DNA of 64,000 nucleotides, from positions 46,936,001-47,000,000 of the forward strand of contig NW_024704743.1 in assembly GCF_018977255.1 (NCBI RefSeq), given 5' to 3'. The position numbers were made by a program, and so were the translations under genes. Numbering within the stretch: position 1 is the first letter of the stretch; each line of letters opens with the position of its first letter. The notes beneath the pieces were generated by a model that saw nothing but the letters and a program-made list of their open reading frames with translations, had not been told where the DNA came from and did no database searches. This stretch comes from Callorhinchus milii (lineage: Eukaryota). Of the stretch, positions 12,574 through 26,399 are shown piece by piece.

Positions 12574-15500
12574 GTAAAATACTACTACCATGGCATGAAA
12601 TGCTTCTTTGCTTGGCATAGGAATGGCATTTCAAATAAATTAGATTTCAAATAAATTGAGTATATACCTTGGTAACAAGAGAAATGGCATTTTACCTTCA
12701 CGATCTCAACCTGTTTAAATTCAGTAACAAGATTAATGTGGATATCTATTGAAGATGAATGGAATACCACACATCCAAGAACGGCATGGAATTCAGTTAC
12801 CCAGAATATAAAGTCCAATTCCCTCTGACTTAGTCAGTCTTCCATCGAATATACACTCAGGGCACCAATGAGTGTAAAATTTATTTTTAGTGAGATTGTT
12901 AGTTAGGTGACTGGCAGATTGCTTTCCGGGGGTAATAATATCTTGTCCTCCAAAAATGTGGTCACTCAACCCACAACTGTTTGCGGGATACCGCTGTGAT
13001 TAATTGGCTGCCGTGTTTCGCACACAAAATACAGTCAAACCTCTTTACAATATATTCTGTGAAGCATTTTGACTCGTTTCAATGATGTGATGTGGCGTTA
13101 TATCCAATGCAAGGATTATTATTAGTAGAACAACAAGATTGTATTTATGGAGCGCCGTTCACGTCGGGAAGACGTCCCAAGGGATTGGACAGTTGGGTCG
13201 GGACCTGAGTAGGGGGGAATTGGTCAGGGTGAGGGAAGGGCGGGAGCGATGATGGGGTAGAGAGTCGAGAGGGGAGGTGAAGGCACGGTTGAAGAGAAAG
13301 TCCTTGAGACTGGCCTTGAAGGAGGAAAGTGAGGTGGCAAGGCGAAGGCACTGGAGGATGGAGTTCCAGAGCCTAGGGGTTGAGAGGCTGAAAGCCCGGC
13401 CACCAATGGTAGGGCGGTTAGGGCGGGGGATGTTGAGCAGAGTGGAGCCAGAGGAACGGAGGGTACGGGCAGGTTCGTGGGAGTATAAAAGGTTAGAGAG
13501 GTAGGAGGGTGCAAGGCCTTGAATGGCCTTGTAGGTGAGGATGAGGATCTTGAATTCGATTCTCTGGGGGATGGGGAGCCAGTGGAAGCGAGCGAGGGTG
13601 GGAGTGATGTGATCGCGTAGCCTGGTGTGGGACAGCACACGAGCTGCAGAGTTCTGAATGACCTGCCGCTTGTGGAAGGAGGTGCCGGGAAAGCCGAGGA
13701 GAGAATTCCCGTAATCCAGCCTTGAGGTGATAAAGGTATAGACCAGTGTTTCAGCAGCATGAGGGGTGAGGTAGTGCCGTAGTCTGGCGATGTTCTGGAG
13801 GTGGTGGAAGGCAGTGCCAGCTGTGGCGCGGATGTGGGGAAGAAAAGACAGCTCAGGGTTAAACAGAACACCGAGGTTCCTGACTGGCTTTGAGAGGTGG
13901 AGAGTGCAGCCTTGGATGCTGATGCTTTCAGCGCCATAGGTGCGGAGGCGCTTATGTGAGCCAATCAGGAGGGCCTCAGTTTTGCGCACATTGTGCTGAA
14001 GAAAACTGTCTCTCGTCCAGGACCCGATGTCAGACAGGCAGACTGTCAGGACATCGGTTGTCATAGAGTTGAGGGTAGAAGAGGAAAGGTAGAGTTGGGT
14101 GTCATCCGCATACATGTGGAAGTTAACTCCATGTCTGCGGATGATGTCACCAAGGGGGAGCATATAGAGGGTAAAGAGGAGGGGACCGAGGACAGAGCCC
14201 TGAGGGACACCGCATGAGACAGTGCGGGGGCTGGAGGAAAAGCCGTTTGCAGTTAGTAGTAATATTTTGGTAGTAGTAGTAGTATTAGTAGTAGTATTTT
14301 GGTGAGTTGGTTGTCTGACATACATGCAAAATCCATCACCGTGCAGCAGAGACTTCAAACCAGTCTGAAAGTTCCATGTATGTGGCAATTCTCATGATGA
14401 AGGTCATTTGGCTCCCTCCTGAGATTTCCATTTTGAAGGTGGAAGTTTCATCTAACTCCCTCCAGACTTGGAAATACAATACAATAAATCACAAGAAAGT
14501 TTTGGGTGAAGAAAGCTCTTTGACCCATTTGATCTGAAATGATTAAACATTGTAGCCCAGCATCGTGTTTGCCTTGTTTATTTAATAACTGAGTGGACAG
14601 TCTGCATCAAAACTTCTGCCTGTTCTACTCCATGACCACTGGGCAATGGAAAAAAACCTGAATTGTATTATTACCTTCTTCACTATCCCTTAGCTCAACT
14701 CTTGTTCAAGATAAAAAATATTCCACTTGAAGATTCATAAATTATTCTGTTATTTATGTCTGTGGTGCTAACTTCTTTAATCCACTGCAAATTCACAAAT
14801 GACGGCAGCATTTTTAGAAAGTGTGAAAATGTTGAAGTTAATCTTTCCTGATTTGATTTGAATTTAATTTTAATTGTTGCCAAGTTGCGCACACATATTT
14901 ATCTACGGTTTAAAGAACTTTTAAGATCCCCTGGCACTATTCGATCAAAGAAGGAAGTTTCTCTTGGTGTGCTAGCCAACATACCCCCAAATAAAATTGG
15001 ACACACACTCCATGGCTGTTAGTGGGACATCGCTGTGCACAGGCTGCTCTGTTTGTGTACAAAATACACTCCATCACATAACTTTAATGTGAAACAATTT
15101 GAGACTTGTGATCAGGTGCTATATCAAATGCCAGGATTATTGATGTCTATTATTATTATTAATCCCAATGCATGATGTAAATAAGATTGTAGCCAGTGCA
15201 CCATCAAACAGGAAAGCTGCCAAACATTTACTATTGGAGTATGCACAAGTGACCAGGGTCTTTTCTAACATTCTGTTGCCTTCTTAACTACAACCTATCT
15301 GAGCAGGCCACACAGCAAAAGGAAATTGCATCCCTTTTTCCTGCGTCAAAAATTCCACAGTAAACATCTTAATTGGCTCTCATTAACGGATGAGGTAAAG
15401 GCAAGAGTTAGTTTATTCTGTAAATTCCATTAATTTATTCTGTGTTAAGATCAACACTGATTAATAGCTGACAAGTGTTTGTAGAAGCCATTTTTAAGAA

Positions 15501-16042
15501 AATTTGCTTTGGGTCGAGATTACCTTAGCTGCTTTACAGTCAAAGTCAGCTTATCTCATCAAAACTGTTCATTGAAATTGTTGACATTGTTGACTTCCCG
15601 AACTACCTTAAACATCTTTCTCTTCGACCATATCTACTCTACTTTCATCGATTGGGTGATTACTATGCAAAAGTGTCTCCAAAACACTCCAAGGTACCAT
15701 CTCACTTGAAGAGTATAATATAAATGCAAGTTGCGGTTGTAAATGGATTTGAGTATGCCAGGCTGTGATTGGCTGCACCAATTCCCATTTGCTAGATGGT
15801 TCTACGGACGATGTGAATGCAACTGATCTGGTGGGAAAACAAAAGCCAAATGACATTAATTATTTTAATACTTGTCCACCAGAATTTCAACTAATAAACT
15901 GGAAACAAGAAAATGTGGGTGGTTTATTCCAAGAGAGTTGAAAAAGGTACATCTGTCAACTATAGACACATTGGTCGCATCTTGATAAATGGAAAATGCA
16001 TTAAAGCACACTGGACAATCATCTGTATGAAAATAGTCCCAC
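12574..16042 (+). repeat. ~3.5 kb module EFG, copy 1 of 5
   Basis: Starts GTAAAATACT and ends TAGTCCCACA; recurs at 17600, 26511, 30016 and 35041 with matching ORF translations; contains SINE 3' fragments and a (TAG)n tract. Confidence 0.95.
13129..14252 (-). mobile_element. 5'-truncated L2 LINE (module F, copy 1)
   Basis: ORF 13159..14388 contains [31 protein letters not shown] and HITPTL..HWLP; short (TTG)n 3' tail. Confidence 0.95.
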
Positions 16043-17563
16043 AACAACAACAACAACAACAAGATTCCATTAAAAAGCGCCTTTCACCTCAGGAGGACGT
16101 CCCAAGGCGCTGCACAGTTGGGTCATGACCCGAGCAGGGGGGAAATGATCAGTGTGAGGGGAGTGGAGGGAGCGAGGAGGGGGGAAATGGTGAGGGTGAG
16201 GGAAGGGATGGGAGGGAGCGAGAAGGGGGAAGAGAGTCGAGATGGGAGCTGAAGGCTCGGCCAAAGAGAAAGGTTTTGAGACCGGCCTTGAAGGAGGAGA
16301 GGGAGGAAGCAAGGCGAAGGCACTGGGGGATAGAGTTCCAAAGCCTCGGGGCTGAGAGGCTGAAGGCCCGACCACCAATAGTAGGGCGATTGGGGCGGGG
16401 GACGTGGTGCAGACCGGAGCCGGAGGAATGGAGGGTACGGGCAGGCAGTTAGGGGGATAGTAGGTTGGAGAGGTAGGAGGGAGCAAGGACGTGAATGGCC
16501 TTGTAGGTGAGGATGAGGATCCTGAAATCAATCCTCTGGGGGATGGGGAGCCAGTGGAGGCGAGCGAGGGTGGGAGTGATGTGGTCCCGAAGCCTGGTGC
16601 GGGACAGTACACGAGCTGCAGGGATCTGAATGACCTGCAGCTTGTGAAGGGAGATGGCAGGAAGGCCGTCGAGGAGAGAGTTCCCATAGTCCAGCCTTGA
16701 GGTGACAAAGGCGTGCACCAGGGTTTCAGCAGCGTGAGGGGTGAGGCAATGGCGTAGTCTGGCGATGTTCCGGAGGTGATGGAAGGCTGTGCCAGTTGTG
16801 GTGCGGATGTGAGGGAGAAAGGATAGCTTAGGGTCGAACAAAACGCCGAGGTTCCTGACTGGCTTTGAGAGATGGAGAGTGCAGCCCGGGATGCTGATGG
16901 TGTCGGCGCCTGAGGTGCGGAAGCTCTGACGCGAACCAATCAGGAGGGCCTCGGTTTTTCGCACGTTGAGCTGAAGAAAGTTGTCTCTCGTCCAGGACTC
17001 GATGTTGGACAGGCAGGCTGTCAGGACATCGGTGGTCATGGAGTTGAGAGTAGAGGATGAAAGGTAGAGTTGGGTGTCATCCGCATACATGTGGAAGTCA
17101 ACTCCATGTCTGCGGATGATGTCACCAAAGGGGAGCATATGGAGGGTGAAGAGGAGGGGACCGAGGACAGAGCCCTGAGGGATTCCACATGAGACAGTAC
17201 GGGGTGTGGAGGAGAAGCCATTCGTCGAGACAAAGTGAAGACGGTGAGAAAGGTACGACCTAAACCACTCAAGGACAGTGCCTTGAAGATTGAGGTGGGA
17301 GGACAAGCGGTGGAGTAGGATAGCGTGGTCGACCGTATCGAATGCTGCCGATAGGTCGAGGAGGACGAGGAGGCAGAGGGAGCCCTGGTCACAAATGGTC
17401 AGGATATCATTGGTGACCTTGACCAGGGCAGTTTCTGTGCTATGGACAGCACGGAAATCTGACTGAAGGGGTTCGAAAAGAGAATGGGTGGAAAGGAAAG
17501 AGAGCAGTTGGAAGGCGACAACTCTTTCCAGAACCTTGGATAGAAAGGGAAGGTTGGAGATGG
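16041..17563 (-). mobile_element. 5'-truncated L2 LINE of a second subfamily (module H, copy 1)
   Basis: [28 protein letters not shown] and YADDTQLY motifs; (TTG)n 3' tail seen as (CAA)n at 16041-16062. Confidence 0.95.
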
Positions 17564-17599
17564 CCCATAAATGATCGGTCCCAATCTAGGGCCCAATGT

Positions 17600-20500
17600 G
17601 TAAAGTACTAGTACCATGGCATGAAATGCTTCTTTGCTTGGCATAGGAATGGCATTTCAAATAAATTAAATTTCAAATAAATTGAGTGTAAACCTTGGTA
17701 ACAAGAGAAATGGCATTTTACCTTCACAATCTCAACCTGTTGAAATTCAGTAACAAGATTAGTGTGGATATCTATTGTAGATGGATGGAATACCACACAT
17801 CGAAGAACTGCATTGGATTCAGTTACCCAGAATATAAAGTCCAATTCCCTCTGACTTAGTCATTCTTCCATCGAATATAAACCCAGGGCACCAATGAGGG
17901 TAAAATTTATTTTTAGTGAGATTGTTAGTTAGGTGACAGGCAGATTGCTTTCCGGGGGTAATAATATCTTGTCCTCCAAAAACGTGGTCACTCAACCCAC
18001 AGCTGTTTGCGGGATACCGCTGTGATTAATTGGTTGCCGTGTTTCGCACACAAAATATAGTCAACCTCTTTACGATATATTCTGTGAAGCATTTTGACTC
18101 GTTTCAATGATGTGATGAGGCGTTATATCCAATGCAAGGATTATTATTAGTACAACAACAAGATTGCATTTATGGAGCGCCTTTCACGTCGGGAGGACGT
18201 CCCAAGGCACTGGACAGTTGGGTCGGGACCCGAGTAGGGGGGAATTGGTCAGGGTGAGGGAAGGGAGGGAGCGATGAGGGGGTAGAGAATCGAGAGGGGA
18301 GGTGAAGGCACGGTTGAAGAGAAAGGTCTTGAGACTGGCCTTGAAGGAGGAAAGGGAGGAGGCAAGGCGAAGGCACTGGGGGATGGAGTTCCAGAGCCTG
18401 GGGGTTGAGAGGCTGAAAGCCCGGCCACCGATGGTAGGGCCGTTAGGGCGGGGGATGTTGAGCAGAGTGGAGCCAGAGGAACGGAGTGTACGGGCAGGTA
18501 CGTGGGAGTATAAAAGGTTGGAGAGGTAGGAGGGTGCAAGGCCTTGAATGGCCTTGTAGGTGAGGATGAGGATCTTGAATTCGATCCTCTGGGGGATGGG
18601 GAGCCAGTGGAAGCGAGCGAGGGTGGGAGTGATGTGATCGCGTAGCCTGGTGCGGGACAGTACACGAGCTGTAGAGTTCTGAATGACCTGCAGCTTGTGG
18701 AAGGAGGTGCCGGGAAAGCCGACAAGGAGAGAATTCCCGTAATCCAGCCTTGAGGTGATAAAGGTATAGACAAGTGTTTCAGCAGCATGAGGGGTGAGGT
18801 AGTGCCGTAGTCTGGCGATGTTCTGGAGGTGGTGGAAGGCAGTGCCAGCTGTGGCGCGGATGTGGGGAAGAAAAGACAGCTCAGGGTTAAACAGAACACC
18901 GAGGTTCCTGACTGGCTTTGAGAGGTGGAGAGTGCAGCCTTGGATGCTGATGCTTTCAGCGCCATAGGTGCGGAGGCGCTTATGTGAGCCAATCAGGAGG
19001 GCCTCAGTTTTGCGCACATTGTGCTGAAGAAAGTTGTCTCTCGTCCAGGACCCGATGTCAGACAGGCAGACTGTCAGGACATCGGTGTCATGGAGTTGAG
19101 GGTAGAAGAGGAAAGGTAGAGTTGGGTGTCATCCGCATACATGTGGAAGTTAACTCCATGTCTGCGGATGATGTCACCAACGGGGAGCATATAGAGGGTA
19201 AAGAGGAGGGGACCGAGGACAGAGCCCTGAGGGACACCGCATGAGACAGTGCGGGGGCTGGAGGAAAAGCCGTTTGCAGTGAGTAGTAGTATTTTGGTAG
19301 TAGTAGTAGTATTAGTAGTAGTATTTTGGTGAGTTGGTTGTCTGACATACATGCAAAATCCATCACCGTGCAGAAGAGACTTCAAACCAGTCTGAAAGTT
19401 CCATGTATGTGGCAATTCTCATGATGAAGGTCATTTGGCTCCCTCCTGAGATTTCCATTTTGAAGGTGGAAGTTTCATCTAACTCCCTCCAGACTTGGAA
19501 ATACAATACAATAAATCACAAGAAAGTTTTGGGTGAAGAAAGCTCTTTGACCCATTTGATCTGAAATGATTAAACATTGTAGCCCAGCATCGTGTTTGCC
19601 TTGTTTATTTAATAACTGAGTGGACAGTCTGCATCAAAACTTCTGCCTATTCTACTCCATGACCACTGGGCAATGGAAAAAAACCTGAATTGTATTATTA
19701 CCTTCTTCACTATCCCTTAGCTCAACTCTTGATCAAGAGAAAAAATATTCCACTTGAAGATTCATAAATTATTCTGTTATTTGTGTCTGTGGTGCTAACA
19801 TCTTTAATCCACTGCAAATTCACAAATGACGGCAGCATTTTTAGAAAGTGTGAAAATGTTGAAGTTAATCTTTCCTGATTTGATTTGAATTTAATTTTAA
19901 TTGTTGCCAAGTTGCGCACACATATTTATCTACGGTTTAAAGAACTTTTAAGATCCCCTGGCACTATTCGATCAAAGAAGGAAGTTTCTCTTGGTGTGCG
20001 AGCCAACATACCCCCAAATAAAATTGGACACACACTCCATGGCTGTTAGTGGGACATCGCTGTGCACAGGCTGCTCTGTTTGTGTACAAAATACACACAA
20101 TCACATAACTTTAATGTGAAACAATTTGAGACTTGTGATCAGGTGCTATATCAAACGCCAGGATTATTGATGTCTATTATTATTATTAATCCCAATGCAT
20201 AATGTAAATAAGATTGTAGCCAGTGCACCATCAAACAGGAAAGCTGCCAAACATTTACTATTGGAGTATGCACAAGTGACCAGGGTCTTTTCTAACATAC
20301 TGTTGCCTTCTTAACTACAACCTATCTGAGCAGGCCACACAGCAAAAGGAAATTGCATCCCTTTTTCCTGCGTCAAAAATTCCACAGTAAACATCTTAAT
20401 TGGCTCTCATTAACGGATGAGGTAAAGGCAAGAGTTAGTTTATTCTGTAAATTCCATTAATTTATTCTGTGTTAAGATCAACACTGATTAATAGCTGACA

Positions 20501-21070
20501 AGTGTTTGTAGAAGCCATTTTTAAGAAAATTTGCTTTGGGTCGAGATTACCTTAGCTGCTTTACAGTCAAAGTCAGCTTATCTCATCAAAACTGTTCATT
20601 GAAATTGTTGATATTGTTGACTTCCCTAACTACCTTAAAGATCTTTCTCTTCGACCATATCTACTCTACTTTCATCGATTGGGTGATTACTATGCAAAAA
20701 TGTCTCCAAAACACTCCAAGGTACCATCTCACTTGAAGAGTATTATATAAATGCAAGTTGCGGTTGTAAATGGGTTTGAGTATGCCAGGCTGTGATTGGC
20801 TGCACCAATTCCCATTTGCTAGATGGTTCTACGGACGATGTGAATGCAACTGATCTGGCGGGAAAACAAAAGCCAAATGACATTAATTATTTTAATACTT
20901 GTCCACCAGAATTTCAACTAATAAACTGGAAACAAGTAAATGTGGGTGGTTTATTCCAAGAGCGTTGAAAAAGGTACATCTGTCAACTATAGACACATTG
21001 GTCTCATCTTGATCAATGGAAAATGCATTAAAGCACACTGGAAAATCATCTGTATGAAAATAGTCCCACA
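17600..21070 (+). repeat. Module EFG copy 2 (includes L2 fragment at ~18152-19280, minus strand)
   Basis: Collinear with 12574-16042. Confidence 0.95.
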
Positions 21071-21760
21071 AATGATCGGAGGATAAACCATGTCACTGCC
21101 TTTTGTAGTTATTGGTGATCAACCTATGTTAAAGGGAGCTAACAAGGGCTGGACTCCAATCAGACTTGAGTAGAGTTTGTGATAATTGGGCACCAGCTCT
21201 TATGGATAATTGAGTACCAGTATAAAGCTGCGGCTTGAGCATGTGAGAGGAAAGTCTGGCGAAGGTGCAGAGCTCCCTTCTTAAAGTAAACCTTTTGTTT
21301 GAGGGTGTGACCCATGCCCTCTTACAGACAGCCATGAGAGCTTGGAGTCCAGATGATTGTATTACTTCAGATCTTTAGCAAATCTCCTGATATTGGGTTT
21401 GGAAGACAAAAGGCTAGTTATGTTGGTAAGTAAACAAACATATTATTTCCTTCCATTCAAATAATAGTCCCTTCTTGGATTGTTTTTTGCCCATGTGAAG
21501 TAGCTTACATTTTTCCATGTTGTCTAATGACATTCCTTGTAAAACCATGCTCTGGGTCAAATTTAGTGGTCTTCTTTCCTGGGTCACTTTTGTTGCCTTA
21601 CTTAAAAATAGGAGTAACATCTGCTTTTCTCCAGTCCCCTGGTACGCTCTGGTAGTGCTGGTAGTGATATGAATAGTATTGCAAATTTCCTCTGTGGCAT
21701 CATTGAGTTCTCTTTCCAGATCAGATGGGTTACCTGTCTGCTCCTCTGTAAAAACTGAAA
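21071..21760 (-). repeat. Module I copy 1, with old degraded CR1-like pieces
   Basis: Minus strand gives SVFTEE and VPGDWRKADVTPI-like remnants; duplicated at 38518-39234. Confidence 0.7.
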
Positions 21761-21784
21761 CTTGGAATCTATCTTGGAACCTAT

Positions 21785-24415
21785 TCATAGATTCATAGAA
21801 TGTTATGGCACAGAAGGAGGCCATTCGGCCCATCGAGTCTGTGCCGGCTCTTTGATAGACAAGTCACTTTCACTAACCCCAATCACCAGCTTTCTCCCCA
21901 TAACCCTTCAAACCCGTCTTCCCCAGATACCTATCCAGTTCTCTCTTAAAAGCTGTTATTGAATCGGACATCACTACCCTTTCAGGCAAATCATTCCAAA
22001 TTCGAACAACTCGCTGAGTGAAAAAATTTCTTCTAATCTCCCCTTTGCTTCTTTTGGCAGATATCTTAAGAATGTGACCACGGGTCACGGACACACCTAC
22101 CAGCGGAACTAGCTTTTCCTTATCTAGCTTGTCAAAACCTTTCATGATCTTGAAGACCTCTATCAGGTCCCCGCGTAACCTTCTCTGCTCTAATGGGAAA
22201 AGTCCTAACTTCTCCAGCTGTCCTCATAGCTAAGGTTCACCATTCCTGGTATCATTCTCATGAATCTCCTCTGCACCTTTTCCAGTGCCTTAATGTCCTT
22301 CCTGAAGTAAGGTGCCCAGAACTGGACGCAGTACTCCAGCTGAGGTCTAACCAGTGCTTTGTATACATTAACAATAACCTCCCTACTCTTATACTCTATG
22401 CCCCTACTAATAAAGCTCAGTACACCAAATGCCTTTTTTACTGCCTTATCTACCTGTCCCGCTACCTTTAATGATTTGTTTACTTGAACACCCAGATCTC
22501 TCTGTACGTTCACCGCCCCTTAAGATTGAGCTACCAAGTCTATATTGCCTCCTATCATTCTTCCTACCTACGTGTATCACCTCACACTTATCCACATTGA
22601 AATCCATCTGCCACATGTCAGCCCATTCTACCATGCTGTGTATGTCTGCTTGCAGTTGGTTAGAGTCCTCCTCATTATTTACTACCCTACCTAACTTTGT
22701 ATCATCTGCAAACTTGGAAATAGTGCTCTCTATGCCCAAGTCCAGATCATTAATATATATTAGAAAGAGCAGTGGTCCCAATACTGATCCCTGGGGGACA
22801 CCGCTGCACACCTCCTTCCATTTCGAGAAACACCCATTAACCACCACCCTCTGCTTTCTGTCACTCAGCCAGTTCTTAATCCAAGTTGCCATTGTTCCCT
22901 TAATACCATGGGCCTCTATTTTTTTTTTATTAATCTCTTATGTGGTGCTGTGTCAAAAGCCTTTTTGAAATCCATGTAAATAACATCCACCGCATTTCCC
23001 TCATCAACCCTCGCAGTCACCTCTTCAAAAAATTCTAATTGATTTGTTAGGCAAGATTTGCCTTTAACAAATCCATGTTGGCTGTCTCTAATTACCTCAT
23101 GTTCCTCTAAGTAGAGATTTATTCTGTCCCGGATTATGGTCTCCAGTAGTTTTCCTATTACCGAAGTTAGACTGGCCTGTAATTTCCGGGTTTGTCTTTC
23201 TGCCCCTTTTTGTAGAAGGGGGTAACATTAGCCACTCTCCAGTCTCTTGGCAACACTCCTGTGTCCATTGAAGATTCAAATATAATGGCCAAAGCCTCCG
23301 CTATTTGAACCCATATCTCCCACAGCAACCTTGGGTGAATTCCATCTGGTCCTGGTGACTTATCAATTTTGAGCCCAGTCAATCTTTTCAGAACTTCCTC
23401 TCTGTCTATAGCAATCTGATCTATTTCATCTGCCCTCTCATCCAATACTGAGGGATTTGGGGCATCCATTTCCGTTGTGAAGACAGATGCAAAGTACTTG
23501 TTCAGTACATCAGCCATGCCCTCTGCCTCCACAACAAGATTGCAGTCACTGTCTTTGATTGGTCCCACCCTACCTTTAACTAACCTTTTTTCCTTTATGT
23601 GCTTGTAAAATATTTTAGGATTCCCCTTTATGTTAACCGCTAACCTCTTCTCATGCGATCTTTTAGCCTGTCTTATCACTCTTTTAAGATCACTCCTGCA
23701 TTCTCTATAATGAGTTTTGCTATCCTCAGTATCTTGCGTCTTCCAATTGTCGTACGCCGTCTTTTTTTCATCCAAGACAGAATATCCCTGGTCATCCAGG
23801 CTGGCTTGGTTGTCGCACATTTCCCATTTGTGGGAATATATCTATTTAGACCTTGAGCTGCCATATCTTTGAAGATTTCCCATTGCTCATGAGTTGTTTT
23901 ACCTGCTCGTCTTACTTGCCAGTCCACCACCTCTAGGTTCCTATTTAGCCCATCAAAATTAGTCCTTTTCCAGTCAAGCATTTTCACCCTTTACTGTACT
24001 TTGTCCCTGTTCTTGAGTAATCTAAATCTAATAATATTATGGTCACTGTTACCTAGATGCTACCCTACAGAAACCTGTTCAACCTGACCTATTTCATTCC
24101 CCAGGACTAGATCCAGCAATGCTTCCTTCCTTGTAGGACTGGAGATATACTGCTCAAGAAAGTTTTCCTGTACACAGTCTATGAATCTTTCTCCTGCCTT
24201 GTCCTTAGTGCTGCTATTTTGCCAGAATATATTGGGATAATTGAAATCCCCCATTATCACAACTCTGTTTGCCTTACATCTCTCTGCGATCTGGTTGCAG
24301 ATCTGCTCCTCTATCTCCTTCCTGCTGTCTGGTGGTCTATAGTAAACTCCAATCAGTGTAACCAGTCTCTAATCAGATGGATTCTATTGTCGGGCTCTCC
24401 AGAGCCACGTTCCTT
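21785..24415 (-). mobile_element. CR1 LINE, most of ORF2 plus 3' UTR, disrupted (module J, copy 1)
   Basis: Endonuclease motifs MGDFNYP, LLDLVL and [61 protein letters not shown]; tail (TTCTATGA)-like. Confidence 0.96.
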
Positions 24416-26399
24416 CAAGATCGACTTCAAGATCCTCACACTTCTCTTCAAATCCCTCCACTCCTCTCACCCCATACCTCTCTGACCGGGACTGGCCTCC
24501 TCCTCGTCCTCCGCTCCACCCTCGGCGGCCATGCCTTCAGCCACTATGCCCCGAGGCTCTGGAACTTCCTTCCTCACTCCCTTCACCTCACCTCACCTAG
24601 ATCATTGATGTAGATGGTAAATAGCTGAGGCCCAAGGACTGATCCTTGTGGCACTCCACTAGTTGCATCCCGCGAATCTGAAAAGGACCCGTTTATCCCT
24701 ACTCTTTGTTTCCTACCCATTAACCATTCTCCAATCCACTTTAATATGCACCTCCCAATTCCATGGGCCCTTATCTTTTGGACTAACCTTTTATGCGGCA
24801 CCTTACCGAATGTCTTCTGGAAGTCCAATAGACCACATCTACTGATTCACCCTTATCTAGTTCACTCGAAATATCCTCAAAAAACTCTATGAGATTTGTC
24901 AAACATGACTTCCCTTTTGTAAAGCCATGCTGACCTGGCCTAATTATATTGTGCTTCGCTAAATACCGCACTACCACATCCTTAATCAATGATTCTAAAA
25001 TTTTTCCTATCACTGATGTGAGACTTACTGGCCTATAGTTTCCCATCTTTTCCTTTCCACCTTTTTTAAATAGTGGTGTGACATTTGCGATCTTCCAATC
25101 CATGGGGACTGTTCCAAAATCCAAGGAATTTTGGAAGATCAGACATAAGGCCTCCACTATCTCATAAACTACCTCTTTTAAAACCCTGGATGCAAGCCAT
25201 CCGGACCAGGGAATTTGTTACTTTTTAGTGCTAACAATTTCTCTAGCACCAATTGTCTACTAATAAAAAATTCCCTAAGTTGCTCACTGTCCTTATCCCT
25301 TTGGTGCATCTCTATTCTTGGCAGCCCTGTTGTGTCTTCTTGGGTGAAGACAGAAGCAAAGTACCCATCCAGGGACTCTGCCATGTCCTTGTCTGTCGCC
25401 CATTACAACTTCTCCCGTCTCTGACTGAAGTGGACCTATATTTACCCTCACTAGCCTATTCTTCTTAATATATTTGTACAGTCAGACTTAATGTTCCTAG
25501 CTAGCTTACCCTCATCCTTTTTCTCGCTCTTAATTAGATTTTTGGTTTTATTTTGCTGTAGTTAGCCACGGATGAATTGCTTTCCCTGAGTTAGTTTCAT
25601 CTGAGTTAGTCTCAATAATAACATCAAAGAGCCCACTGTACTGTTTTCACTTTAATGCATTCATGCTGTCACTTGGCTTAAGATAAAGCTTATTTTCTCT
25701 TTAAACAAAACTTCTTATATAAAAGTGTGTTTCTCTTCACTACATCCGAAAGTTCTCTTGACCTCTCAAAGGTCATTTTCAGCAATTCTGTATAAAATGC
25801 TTATTTTAGCTGCTATAAAACAGCTTTTGGCACTATTTTGTAAACATGTGTTTCGGGCTCTCTCTACTGGACATATCACAGTAGTGCCTTACCTGAGTTA
25901 TTACTTGATCTGACTAAACAATAAGCAAAGGAAGATTCAAGCCCTCGTTCCTCTATTTGAGTAAAGAAAAACTGTCTTTTGAACATTTGGCAGATCTTGC
26001 ATTAATGATCTTTTCACACTTCATTTCAAGTCATTCAAACTCTATCAATATTGAACATGATGATAGCTGAACAAGAGTTTTGCTAAGCAAGATTCAGGGA
26101 GGAGGCTCTCTGCAAGTTATGTGGGAAGAAATTGCACCCAAGTGTATTTACTCTATTTCCCTAACATTTCATAATTTGGCAGGTTGTTTACTTCAGTTTT
26201 AAATTTGAAAAGGATTTTCTATAGTTCTTAAGAGAAGATTGTGAGTTCAAGCTCCATGTCAGGACAACAATTGCATATATATGGACCGTGGTACAGATAT
26301 GACTCGTAAACAGCATTTGTGCAGCACCATATGGAAAAAGAAGTAAGAATGATTTGAGTGGGCATATTTCATTGCTTGTTTTCTTTATCTCTTAATGTA
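24416..26399 (+). repeat. Diverged B'+C+D cassette (shorter L2 piece, CR1 piece with deletions, module D)
   Basis: Collinear with ~1389-3750, with substitutions and deletions around 25559-25600. Confidence 0.93.

Noticed and set aside
21741..21756. CTCCTCTGTAAAAACT resembling the array/E junction CCCCTCTGTAAAATACT
   Set aside because: Explained as CR1 coding sequence (SVFTEE on the minus strand); likely coincidence.
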